DNA from: an uncultured Candidatus Cloacimonadota bacterium
GTDB taxonomy: Bacteria; Cloacimonadota; Cloacimonadia; Cloacimonadales; TCS61
Reading direction: 5' to 3'
Assembly (NCBI GenBank): GCA_964521025.1
Contig: CAZFPK010000001.1
Span: forward strand, 26,644 to 90,643
DNA: 64,000 nucleotides
Numbering within the stretch: the first letter of the stretch is position 1; each line of letters begins with the position of its first letter. The position numbers were made by a program, and so were the translations under genes. This document shows, piece by piece, positions 36,403 through 45,802 of this stretch. The notes beneath the pieces were generated by a model that worked only from the letters and a program-made list of their open reading frames with translations, did not search any database and was not told the DNA's origin.

Positions 36403-39400
36403 TTGAAAAGATTTCTGATCTTTTTATTCATATTTTGCATTTTAGTTTTATCATCGGAACAGACCAAAATCGATAGCCTTAAACAGCAATTAAATTCTGC
36501 TCTCCAACCTGAGAAAGTTCAAATTCTAAACGATTTGTCATATTATCATTTAGAAAAATCACCCGAGATCTCAATCGATTACGCAAAAAAAGCATTGAAT
36601 CTAGCTATAATTTTAAAAGACCTCGCGGGACAAGGAAATTCAGAGTATTATCTTGCTCTTGCTAACGAAAATCTGAATAAATTCGGAGTTGCTTTAAATC
36701 ATTATATGGAATTACTTGAAATCCAAAAGAAAATCGGTAATAAAGAAGATATTGCCAGCACTCTGAATTATATTGGAATAACCTTTAGTAATTTGAGTGA
36801 TTATTATATGGCTCTCGAATATTATAATAAATCAAAAAAGGTTTATCGAGAATTAAGTGACAGCATTGGTGTGGCTACGGTTTCTAATAACATCGGTCTT
36901 GTTTATGAAAGTTTTAGCCGGTTCGATAAGGCTTTATATTATCAATTGCATGCATTAAGGATCTATGAATCAATTGCTGATAAAGACGGTATAGCAACAT
37001 CTTTGAACAATATGGGAAATATTTATCAAGGTCTAGGTGATTTCAATAAAGCATTAGATTTTTTCCGCCGGACATTAGATATCTATTACGAATTGGACGA
37101 CAAATACGGATTATCGATGGCTTATAATAATCTCGGGATGGTATATCATGATCTGAAAGAAATCGATAAAGCTCATGATTATTATAATAAATCCCTGGAA
37201 CTTGAAAAAGAAATCAAAGATCCGTTTGGTCTTGCCGGTTCGTATAATAACCTGGCAATTGTGTATGAAGATTTTAACCAACCGGAAAAAGCAGAAGAAT
37301 ATTATCTAAAATCATTAGAGATTTCGAAAAAGATCAAAGATAAATACAGTATTGCTAACACAAGCAATAATATCGGACATTTTTATATAAAGCAAAAACA
37401 ATTTGATAAAGCATTCTCATATCTGGAAAACGGTAGAAAAATCTCTCATGATATCGGAACTAAAGACCTTGAAAAAGAAAGTTTTGACGGATTAGCCAAA
37501 TTCTATGCAGCCACCAACAACTATGAAAAAGCTTATGAATTTTTTAATCGCTTTACAGAATTAAGAGACAGCATTTTTGCTACTGAAAAGAATCAGAAGA
37601 TCGTTCACCTGCAAAATAAATATGAAGCCGAAAAGACCGAAAATCTAATTGATGCAATGAAAAAAGAACAGGAAATTCAAAACCTGATAAAAAAATATTT
37701 GATCCTCGGTCTTATCCTGATCTTATTGACTACAATTCTTTTGTTTTACCTTTATAATGAGAAAAAAAAGGAGATCACTCTCCGCAAAAAAGCGGAAAAA
37801 CAACTGATCGAAAGCGAAGAATCTTTTCGCTGTTTAGCAGAGAATATTAAAGTTGCAGTTTTCACATTTAATGAAAAAGGTTATTTTACTTATGCAAATC
37901 CCGCAGCATCAAAGATCAGCGGTTATTCCAATAAAGAAATTCTTACAAAAAAGTTTTTTGAAAATGTTCATCCTGATTTCGTAGAATTAGTTAAGGAAAG
38001 GGCAGTTTCTCGATTAAAAGGGGAATCTGTTCCGGATAATTATGAGATCAAGATCATCAAAAAAAATGGTGAAGAAAGGTGGATCGAACTAGTAAACAAT
38101 AGAATTACTATCCATGGTAAAAAAGTTATTCTGGGAACCGGTATCGATATCACTGAAAATAAAAAAGCACAAGCGATCCAAACCGTATTATATAATATCA
38201 GCAACGCTGTCAATACGACCACAGAAATCGAAGAACTTTACGATATAATCCACGATCAACTACATACAATTATCGATACAACTAATTTTTATATTGCTCT
38301 TTATGATAAGGAAACAAATATTATTACAGCACCATATTATAAAGACGAATTAAAAAAGACAACTCCCGAACCTCAACAATTAAAAACAGGTTTGACTTCC
38401 TATGTAATTAAAAATGAAAAATCTCTATTTTTAACAGTTAAAAAAAGAAAACAATTGATCAAAAAAGGTGTCGTTCCGGATATGAACTGGAAAAGCAAAA
38501 TATGGGTGGGTGTTCCTCTGAAAATTAGAGATACGGTTATTGGAGCATTAGCAATTCAAAGTTATTCCGATGCAAAAACTTATACTAAAGACGATCTTGA
38601 AGTATTGGAATTTGTATCCGCACAAATCGCTCTGGCAATCGACAGGAAAAAAGCACAGGATGCTCTCAAAGAAAGCATTATCCGGAACCAGGCTCTTCTG
38701 CAAGCAATACCGGATATGATCTTTGTTCTGGATAAGAATGGAAAATATCTTGATTTTGAAGCAGAAAAAAACGGATTACTGGCTGTTCCGCGCGAACAAA
38801 TTATCGGTAAAAGTATCATGGATACAGGCTTTAACGAATCCCAGGTCAAATTGATCTTGAATAAAATCGAAGCAGCTATTCAAAGCGGAACCGTTCAAAC
38901 AGTTGAATATGAACTCGAAGTACCTGAAGGGCTGAACACATTCGAAGCCAGGATCGTTCCTTTGAACCGGAATAAGATCTTATCGATTGTCAGAGATGTA
39001 ACCAACCAGAGAAAAGCAGAACAGGAATTAGTCGAAAGTGAAGAAAGATACCGGAAACTGTTCGATGCTTCCCCCGATCCGATCGTCGTTCATAGTAAGG
39101 GTAAACTGATTTCCGGGAATAAGGCGGCAGCTGATTTTATTGGAATCGATGATGCTGCTGCTTTATTCGGAAAACCAATAATCGATTTTGTTGCACCGGA
39201 ATGTCTGGAAATCGTCAAAGAAAGGGTTCAACAGCTTTATACTGTTGGAACTCCCGTGGAACTTGTGGAAGAAAAATATATTACTCTCGATGGTACGATC
39301 AAAGATGTCGAGGTTTCTGCTATTCCTATAATTTTTAGAAATGAAAAAGCAGTTTTAGTAGCTTTCCGGGATATCACAGGTAGAAAAAGAAATGAAGAAA

Positions 39401-40038
39401 GAATAAGGAATTCTCTAAACGAAAAAGAAGTCATGCTTCAGGAAATCCATCACCGCGTGAAGAACAATATGCAAGTCATATCCAGCCTGCTCAACCTTCA
39501 GGCAAGATATATCCGGGACGATAAAGATCTGGAATTGTTCAGAGATAGTATCAATCGTGTCAAATCCATGGCTCTCATCCACGAAAAATTATATAAATCA
39601 GAGGACCTGGCAAGAATCGATTTTAGTGACTATATTCATAAATTAACTCGCAATTTATTTATTTTCTTTAAAATCGATATTAATAGAGTAAAATATGAAA
39701 TAGAATTAGAAGAAATTTTATTGGATATTAATAAGGCAATTCCTTGCGGTTTGATCATCAACGAATTGTTATCAAATTCTTTAAAATATGCTTTCCCGGG
39801 AAATAAAAAGGGGCTAATTCAAATAAAAATCGATCACCTGGAAAAAGAGAACAAATATAAAGTTTTATATGAAGATAACGGAATTGGATTACCCGTGGAA
39901 ATAGATATCAGAAACACCGAAACATTGGGAATACAGTTAATTATTACTTTAGTAAAGCAACTTCACGGTAAAATCGAACTCGATAAAAAGAACAGGTCAA
40001 AATATTTGATCGAATTTGTAGATACTTATGAGGAATAA
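36403..40038 (+). CDS. Large sensor histidine kinase: signal peptide, extracytoplasmic TPR array, TM, PAS-GAF-PAS-PAS, HisKA_2, HATPase
   Basis: 1211 aa, TTG start. About 8 TPR units (..YNNLGMVYHDL..A..YY.KSLE..), TM YLILGLILILLTTILLFYLY, H-box EIHHRVKNNMQVISSLLNLQ (HisKA_2 type), ATPase ..LIINELLSNSLKYAF..DNGIGLP..LGIQLI.. No adjacent response regulator. Confidence 0.85.
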   Translation: MKRFLIFLFIFCILVLSSEQTKIDSLKQQLNSALQPEKVQILNDLSYYHLEKSPEISIDYAKKALNLAIILKDLAGQGNSEYYLALANENLNKFGVALNHYMELLEIQKKIGNKEDIASTLNYIGITFSNLSDYYMALEYYNKSKKVYRELSDSIGVATVSNNIGLVYESFSRFDKALYYQLHALRIYESIADKDGIATSLNNMGNIYQGLGDFNKALDFFRRTLDIYYELDDKYGLSMAYNNLGMVYHDLKEIDKAHDYYNKSLELEKEIKDPFGLAGSYNNLAIVYEDFNQPEKAEEYYLKSLEISKKIKDKYSIANTSNNIGHFYIKQKQFDKAFSYLENGRKISHDIGTKDLEKESFDGLAKFYAATNNYEKAYEFFNRFTELRDSIFATEKNQKIVHLQNKYEAEKTENLIDAMKKEQEIQNLIKKYLILGLILILLTTILLFYLYNEKKKEITLRKKAEKQLIESEESFRCLAENIKVAVFTFNEKGYFTYANPAASKISGYSNKEILTKKFFENVHPDFVELVKERAVSRLKGESVPDNYEIKIIKKNGEERWIELVNNRITIHGKKVILGTGIDITENKKAQAIQTVLYNISNAVNTTTEIEELYDIIHDQLHTIIDTTNFYIALYDKETNIITAPYYKDELKKTTPEPQQLKTGLTSYVIKNEKSLFLTVKKRKQLIKKGVVPDMNWKSKIWVGVPLKIRDTVIGALAIQSYSDAKTYTKDDLEVLEFVSAQIALAIDRKKAQDALKESIIRNQALLQAIPDMIFVLDKNGKYLDFEAEKNGLLAVPREQIIGKSIMDTGFNESQVKLILNKIEAAIQSGTVQTVEYELEVPEGLNTFEARIVPLNRNKILSIVRDVTNQRKAEQELVESEERYRKLFDASPDPIVVHSKGKLISGNKAAADFIGIDDAAALFGKPIIDFVAPECLEIVKERVQQLYTVGTPVELVEEKYITLDGTIKDVEVSAIPIIFRNEKAVLVAFRDITGRKRNEERIRNSLNEKEVMLQEIHHRVKNNMQVISSLLNLQARYIRDDKDLELFRDSINRVKSMALIHEKLYKSEDLARIDFSDYIHKLTRNLFIFFKIDINRVKYEIELEEILLDINKAIPCGLIINELLSNSLKYAFPGNKKGLIQIKIDHLEKENKYKVLYEDNGIGLPVEIDIRNTETLGIQLIITLVKQLHGKIELDKKNRSKYLIEFVDTYEE

Positions 40039-40088
40039 AATCAAAAAAAAATGCAGGAAGGCTTTGATACATCCGTTAAGGAAAAAAA

Positions 40089-42221
40089 ATGAAGAGTAAA
40101 GTAATTTTATATTTGATACTTTTAGTTTTTGGATCGACATTTTTTATTACGCTTGCTATCGGCAGTTATGCCGGAGCAAAAAAAAATTCTGTCCTGGAAA
40201 TCCAGAAAGAACAACTTTTCCAGCAAATTAAAAAAGATTTCCAACTTTTCGATAAACTGCTTTTGCAAATCGAAAAAGATATTAATATAAGTCTCGAAAA
40301 AGCGATCATTTCTATAAATAATGTTCTGAATACAACTGCAAAGCGAGAAGAATCATCTCCTCGCGAATTGAAATTATTAGCTCAAAAATATGATGTAAAT
40401 GAAATCTTTCTTATTAACGAGAAAGGTACAATATTCAACACTTCATTTGCACCGGATCTGAATTTCAGTCTTTTTATCAAAGAAAAAAAATATACCGATT
40501 TCTTGAAATCAATATTCGGAAAAGGAAAAATATTCAAACAGCGAATCGGAATTTCCGATGAAAACGGAACTATTAATTCTTATGCTTATTACAGTCCTCC
40601 CGGAACTGATTATATCATTAAAGTTTCCGTACAAATTCGAGATTTCATTACCGAAAATTATTCGGAAGATTATTGTAAAATGATCTTTAAAGATCTATTT
40701 CTCAAAACCGTGAAACTTAATAATTATCTTCAGAGTTTCGATATTTACAGGATCAATGATATTTCCGGTTGGTCTCTAATTAACGAAGGTAAAAGATTTA
40801 GTAAAGCTACAAACCTGATCCTCGAAGCAAAACCGGGAAATGAAATTAAGATCAAAAAAGGAGGAACCGAGACTATTTATTTTGTGCCGGAGATGGAAAA
40901 CGCAGGATTTGATTTTGTAGAAGAATTATACATCGAATTGATTTACGATTTCAGTTTTATTAACCGTTTTGTGGGAAATATTATTTTTTATGCTATTTGC
41001 AGTTATATTTTGATCATGACCTTGGTATTTATGATTTCTTCAAAATTATTCGATGAACTCATTGTCAAACGAGTTCTTAAGATCAATATTGGATTAAAAA
41101 ACATTGAAAACGGTGATTATAATACAGAACTGGAAACTTCCGGTAAGGATGAATTAACTACTATTTCAAAAAATATCATGAGTATGTCGAAAAAAATCCA
41201 GGAACGGGAATCATCATTAAAAAAGAGTAGAGAAAGATACCGGACATTACAGTCAAATATTCCCATCGGGATTTTCAGATCAACACCGGAAGGAGTCTTT
41301 CTTTCAATAAATCCTGCCCTGGTTCAGATGTTTGGATACGAATCCGAAGAAGAGCTCAAAAAAGTCAACATGACCGATCTTTATTATAAACCGAATCAGA
41401 GAGAAATTCTATTGCAAATGATGGTTTCCCAAAAAATTATTAAAGATTTCTCTATTAAATTGGTCAAGAAAGATACTTCTTTATTTTGGGGTTCCATAAG
41501 TTTTAAAGCGATCTCAGACGATCAGGAAAATATTCTTTATTTTGATGGAAGTCTGGTTGATATCACAAAAAGAAAAAAATCAGAAGAAATGATCCGTGAA
41601 TCATTAAAAGAAAAAGAAGTTTTATTGCGTGAAGTTCATCATCGAGTAAAAAATAATATGCAGGTCATTTCCAGCTTGCTGAGTCTGCAATCGAGGTATA
41701 TCAAAAATGACGATGATCTCCAACTTTTTAAAGACAGCCAAAATCGTGTCAGATCGATGTATCTTGTTCATGAAAAATTATATAATTCAAAAAACCTGTC
41801 AAAAATCGATTTTGCAGACTACATAAATAGTCTGACCGGAAATTTACTCATATCATATAAAATCGACCCTGATTTAATAAGTTTAAATATCATGATAAAG
41901 AATGTTTTCATGAATATTAATCTAGCTGTACCCTGTAGTTTGCTCATTAATGAACTTATTACGAATTGTCTTAAACATGCATTTCCGGACAACAGAAAAG
42001 GTGAAATTTCAATTTATATGAACCATGATAGATCAAAATTATATAATCTCACTATTTCTGATAATGGAATTGGATTTCCGGAAGATATCGACTATAAAAA
42101 TACGGAAACTCTCGGACTGCAATTAGTTGAGACTTTAATTCATCAACTCAAAGGTTCGATCAAATTGATCCGCAAGGATGGAACTACCTTTAAGATCAGT
42201 TTTCCGGAGAAGATAAAGTAA
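40089..42221 (+). CDS. Sensor histidine kinase: periplasmic (Cache-like) domain, TM, HAMP, PAS, HisKA_2, HATPase
   Basis: 710 aa, two TM segments. HAMP-like ..LKNIENGDYNTELETSGKDELTTISKNIMSM.., H-box EVHHRVKNNMQVISSLLSLQ, ..LLINELITNCLKHAF..DNGIGFP..LGLQLV.. No adjacent response regulator. Confidence 0.85.
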   Translation: MKSKVILYLILLVFGSTFFITLAIGSYAGAKKNSVLEIQKEQLFQQIKKDFQLFDKLLLQIEKDINISLEKAIISINNVLNTTAKREESSPRELKLLAQKYDVNEIFLINEKGTIFNTSFAPDLNFSLFIKEKKYTDFLKSIFGKGKIFKQRIGISDENGTINSYAYYSPPGTDYIIKVSVQIRDFITENYSEDYCKMIFKDLFLKTVKLNNYLQSFDIYRINDISGWSLINEGKRFSKATNLILEAKPGNEIKIKKGGTETIYFVPEMENAGFDFVEELYIELIYDFSFINRFVGNIIFYAICSYILIMTLVFMISSKLFDELIVKRVLKINIGLKNIENGDYNTELETSGKDELTTISKNIMSMSKKIQERESSLKKSRERYRTLQSNIPIGIFRSTPEGVFLSINPALVQMFGYESEEELKKVNMTDLYYKPNQREILLQMMVSQKIIKDFSIKLVKKDTSLFWGSISFKAISDDQENILYFDGSLVDITKRKKSEEMIRESLKEKEVLLREVHHRVKNNMQVISSLLSLQSRYIKNDDDLQLFKDSQNRVRSMYLVHEKLYNSKNLSKIDFADYINSLTGNLLISYKIDPDLISLNIMIKNVFMNINLAVPCSLLINELITNCLKHAFPDNRKGEISIYMNHDRSKLYNLTISDNGIGFPEDIDYKNTETLGLQLVETLIHQLKGSIKLIRKDGTTFKISFPEKIK

Positions 42222-42229
42222 TAGGAATA

Positions 42230-43537
42230 ATGAAAATAATACTATTTACTTTGATAATTATACTTTCGGTTCCGTATCTGTTTTCTGAAAATTATTCTGA
42301 TTATCTCTCTAAATTCCATTATGATACTTTAGTTCCGATCGACTATCAGGATATTCAGACTGCTATAAATCATTCTTTCGAAGGGGATATCGTATTGGTT
42401 GGTCCCGGAACCTATTACGAAAATCTAAATTTTAATGGGAAAAACATCATGCTTACATCATTTTATAATGTTGAAAAAGATACTTCATTCATTTATTCAA
42501 CTATCATTCACGGAAGAAAAAAAAGCAGTGTTGTTCGCTTTGAGAATCAGGAAAAATCATTAGCAAGATTAAGTGGATTTACCATAACCATGGGTTCGGG
42601 TGTATTTGATAATCCTTTTTATAATCCGGAAAACAGTTCTTTTCAAAACGAATTCGAAAATCCATATGAGAACGATGAATATTTTTATCTTGGAGGAGGA
42701 ATATATTGTAAAAATGCTAATCCAACTCTGGATAATTTGATTATCACGCGAAATTCCGCATTTAAAGGTGGTGGTATATTCTTCTTTTCTTCCAATGCAA
42801 AATTAGAAAAGATCATTCTATCGCAAAATTTTGCTGAAGATGATGGCGGAGGAGTTTCTTGTTACCTGGCGAATCCTACATTTAAAGATATTAATTTCAT
42901 TGAAAATTCTGCTGCTAAACAAGGTGCAGGAATCGCTTGTGTTTATAATTCTAATCCGAATTTTTTAAGGGCTGAATTTGAAAAAAATAGTGCCGTGAAA
43001 AACGGTGGCGGCATATTTTGTGATTTGAATTCCAATCCAACCTTTGAGAATTGCATTATTTTTCTTAATTCAGCCGAAACCGGTGGAGCTGTTTATTGTA
43101 AAAGATCAAGTCCGGAATTTGAAAATGTAACGATCGTTAATAATTCAGCAAATAAAAGGACAGCCGGAATTTTTTGTTACGATAATTCCAATCCTATCTT
43201 GATGAATTGTATTTTGTGGAAAAATTCTTATGGTGAAATTGCTTTTTCTCACCATTCCGAAAAGAGTTCTGTTTCAATTTCGTATTCTGATATTTATTCA
43301 GGGCTTGCCGGGATAACAAATCAATTTAATGGAATTCTGAACTGGGATAAAAATAATCTGGAATTCTACCCGCTTTTTGTCGATGAAGAAAATAATGATT
43401 TTCAACTTTTAATCGGTTCACCATGTATTAATTTGGGAAATCCTGAAAAACAGTATGATGATCTCGATGAGACAAGAAATGATATGGGAGCTTTCGGCGG
43501 GCCTAAAGGTGATACTAAATTCTGGTGGTTTAAATAG
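42230..43537 (+). CDS. Secreted right-handed beta-helix repeat protein (no T9SS CTD)
   Basis: 435 aa, signal peptide. IQTAINHSFEGDIVLVGPGTYYENL.. Then repeated N-x-A-x-x-GGGI/V turns (GGGIYC, GGGIFF, GGGVSC, GAGIAC, GGGIFC, GGAVYC). C-terminus ..ETRNDMGAFGGP.. Starts 9 nt after the kinase gene. Confidence 0.7.
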   Translation: MKIILFTLIIILSVPYLFSENYSDYLSKFHYDTLVPIDYQDIQTAINHSFEGDIVLVGPGTYYENLNFNGKNIMLTSFYNVEKDTSFIYSTIIHGRKKSSVVRFENQEKSLARLSGFTITMGSGVFDNPFYNPENSSFQNEFENPYENDEYFYLGGGIYCKNANPTLDNLIITRNSAFKGGGIFFFSSNAKLEKIILSQNFAEDDGGGVSCYLANPTFKDINFIENSAAKQGAGIACVYNSNPNFLRAEFEKNSAVKNGGGIFCDLNSNPTFENCIIFLNSAETGGAVYCKRSSPEFENVTIVNNSANKRTAGIFCYDNSNPILMNCILWKNSYGEIAFSHHSEKSSVSISYSDIYSGLAGITNQFNGILNWDKNNLEFYPLFVDEENNDFQLLIGSPCINLGNPEKQYDDLDETRNDMGAFGGPKGDTKFWWFK

Positions 43538-43546
43538 TTTGATCTT

Positions 43547-43686
43547 ATCCTTCCGAAGCCTTCTTTCAATTCTAATCACATCAGAGGATTCGGAAGGTTG
43601 AACGGAACATGTAGAACTTGCAGGTCATGATCAGAACTTTCCGAATTTTACTTGAGAGAATTTCTCTGCAGGAAGCTTCGGAAAGC
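43547..43686. repeat. Dual-hairpin TTCCGAA intergenic repeat, copy B (inverted relative to copies A and C)
   Basis: atccttccgaagccttctttcaa..cagaggattcggaaggtt ... agaactttccgaattttacttgagagaatttctctgcaggaagcttcggaaagc aligns with the reverse complement of 51054..51190 almost end to end. Confidence 0.8.
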
Positions 43687-43699
43687 AAGGGGTAATAAC

Positions 43700-44338
43700 A
43701 TGAAAAAGATAAGTTTCAAAACAATCTTTCTTTTCACAATTTTCATTAATATTCACCTTTTTTCTGAAAATCAAAATATCGATGTAAATTCGATCAATGT
43801 TTATAACCCGCGGACAACAGAACTCCATTTTGATACAAATGATAAAAGCGGGAGAATAGAACTTCTCGAAGCAGAAATGATTTCTTCGAAATTCATCTTT
43901 GAACCGACAATTCTGTCCTTTGTCTGGGGATTTAACGACAGTTTTAATAAAAACAAAGCAAATTGGTCATTTTTCCCTTTTCTTCAGTATTTATATTTCA
44001 GCAGGTACATCAAAGACAGGAAGATTCCTTTGATTTATTATCTTAATTCGAAATATCATTTTTTATTCTTCAAATCCAAAAAAGAACCTTCTATTCATAA
44101 GATTTCTGCTCTTTCATTATATTTCAAGAATAATACTGATTTTTATTTTTTCCGAAAGAATAAATGGCTTCAGTTTTCACAAGGAATCGGAATAAACTGG
44201 TTCATCAAGGGTTTCTGTTATTTCCGGATCGGATATTTATATCAACTCGGGTTGGGTATTGAAAAAAATGACATTTCAGATTCAATCAATCTATCTTTCG
44301 GTTTAATGGATTTTGGTACTAAGTATTTCAATGAATAG
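43700..44338 (+). CDS. Hypothetical secreted protein (possibly outer-membrane associated)
   Basis: Start moved to ATG 43700 (MKKISFKTIFLFTIFINIHLFSEN signal) because the track's 5' extension lies inside the repeat. Aromatic-rich alternating pattern, ends ..GTKYFNE. No recognised domain. Confidence 0.5.
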   Translation: MKKISFKTIFLFTIFINIHLFSENQNIDVNSINVYNPRTTELHFDTNDKSGRIELLEAEMISSKFIFEPTILSFVWGFNDSFNKNKANWSFFPFLQYLYFSRYIKDRKIPLIYYLNSKYHFLFFKSKKEPSIHKISALSLYFKNNTDFYFFRKNKWLQFSQGIGINWFIKGFCYFRIGYLYQLGLGIEKNDISDSINLSFGLMDFGTKYFNE

Positions 44339-44592
44339 AAATTAGAATTTGATCTCAGGAATCATGAATTTTAAAATCTATTCTTTGTGATAAGAAACCG
44401 AATCAACTGTTATTTATTTATTTTACAATTAAATAGATTCGGATAATACAGCAATGAAAATTCAAAGAATTAATGCATAACTCACAAAATATCAAAAAGT
44501 TACGATAAATTTTCTGTTTATGCTTGACAAATAATTTCAATAGAAAAAAAAGACTTTGAAGTTTTTATTAAAATAAATAATAAGGAGAAACA

Positions 44593-44844
44593 ATGAAAAA
44601 GTTCTTAAATGTATTATTAGCAGTAATATTCCTTCTTACTCTATTGTTATCAGCTTGTGCTCCACCTCCTCCTCCCATTTCAAAAATCCAACTGGAACAA
44701 GCGGAAACCGAAGCAATTGCTGCTGAAGAAAGTGCTGCAGAATTAGAAGAAGAAAAAAACACCCTGGAAGATGAATTGGCAACCAAACAAGCCGAACTTA
44801 AAAGTTTACAGGATTACCAGAAACAACTGGAAGCTGAAGAATAG
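44593..44844 (+). CDS. Small lipoprotein with Pro-rich linker and coiled coil
   Basis: MKKFLNVLLAVIFLLTLLLSAC (lipobox L-S-A-C), APPPPP, then an E/A/L-rich heptad-like segment. AAGGAG SD. Confidence 0.65.
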   Translation: MKKFLNVLLAVIFLLTLLLSACAPPPPPISKIQLEQAETEAIAAEESAAELEEEKNTLEDELATKQAELKSLQDYQKQLEAEE

Positions 44845-44852
44845 GAGTCAAA

Positions 44853-45743
44853 ATGAAAAAAATCTTTATTATCGCTCTCGTTACACTTTTTATTATTCCT
44901 ACTATTTTGCAGTCATTGTCAGTTACTTATCTCAGTGAAGAAGATTATAAGCGACTGAAGAAAAAAGAAAGACTGAAATACTGGGAAGACCTGGAAAATG
45001 AATTGATTGCTCTCCAGCAAAGAAAAGCCGATGCCAGCGCTGACTCTGAAAAATTTTCAGCAAGAATTGAGGAATTAAAAAGATTACTGAATGAAACTAA
45101 CACTGAATACGATAATACATATAATGAAATCCTCGATTTTTTGGGTGTTAGTAAAGCAGATTTCTCAGGTATTCAGGCAAAGATCATGTATTTCAATAAT
45201 AAGATAAACAATTGGAATAATCTCTCTGATTCCGAACTCTGGGAAGCAAAAAAAGCTGTTCGTGAATTGATCGCCGAATATAACGAATACAGGGAATCCA
45301 ACTATACAAAAGTTCCTGATTTTGTAGATGAATTCTCTGACCTCGACAATAAGATCATTGGACTGGAAAACAGCCTGGAAGCAGCTCGTCCAAAATATTA
45401 TGAAGATGATTATACTGTGCTTAAAGGTGAAACTCTTTCCAAAATATCAGGCTATAGTTTCATTTATAATGACATTTCAAAATGGCCCATAATCTATCGA
45501 GCCAATCGCGATCAGATCAAAGATCCAAACCTTATTTATCCAAACCAGGTTCTGAAAATACCGCGTGGTCTTCCCTATACCTGGAAAGTATATAAAGGTG
45601 AATGTCTCTGGAAGATTGCATCATATCCCGAAGTTTACGGAAGTGGTGTGAAATGGCCTGTTATTTACCGCGCAAACCAGGATCAAATAAAAGACCCTGA
45701 TTTGATTTACCCGAACCAGATATTACAGATACCAAGAGATTAA
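44853..45743 (+). CDS. Coiled-coil protein with two C-terminal LysM-like peptidoglycan-binding repeats
   Basis: 296 aa, signal peptide. Tandem YTVLKGETLSKISG..WPIIYRANRDQIKDPNLIYPNQVLKIP and WKVYKGECLWKIAS..WPVIYRANQDQIKDPDLIYPNQILQIP. Confidence 0.75.
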   Translation: MKKIFIIALVTLFIIPTILQSLSVTYLSEEDYKRLKKKERLKYWEDLENELIALQQRKADASADSEKFSARIEELKRLLNETNTEYDNTYNEILDFLGVSKADFSGIQAKIMYFNNKINNWNNLSDSELWEAKKAVRELIAEYNEYRESNYTKVPDFVDEFSDLDNKIIGLENSLEAARPKYYEDDYTVLKGETLSKISGYSFIYNDISKWPIIYRANRDQIKDPNLIYPNQVLKIPRGLPYTWKVYKGECLWKIASYPEVYGSGVKWPVIYRANQDQIKDPDLIYPNQILQIPRD

Positions 45744-45802
45744 TAAATATATTGAAAAAGGAAAGCCTTTCTTTTATGAGAAAGGCTTTCCTTATCTGAA
45801 AA

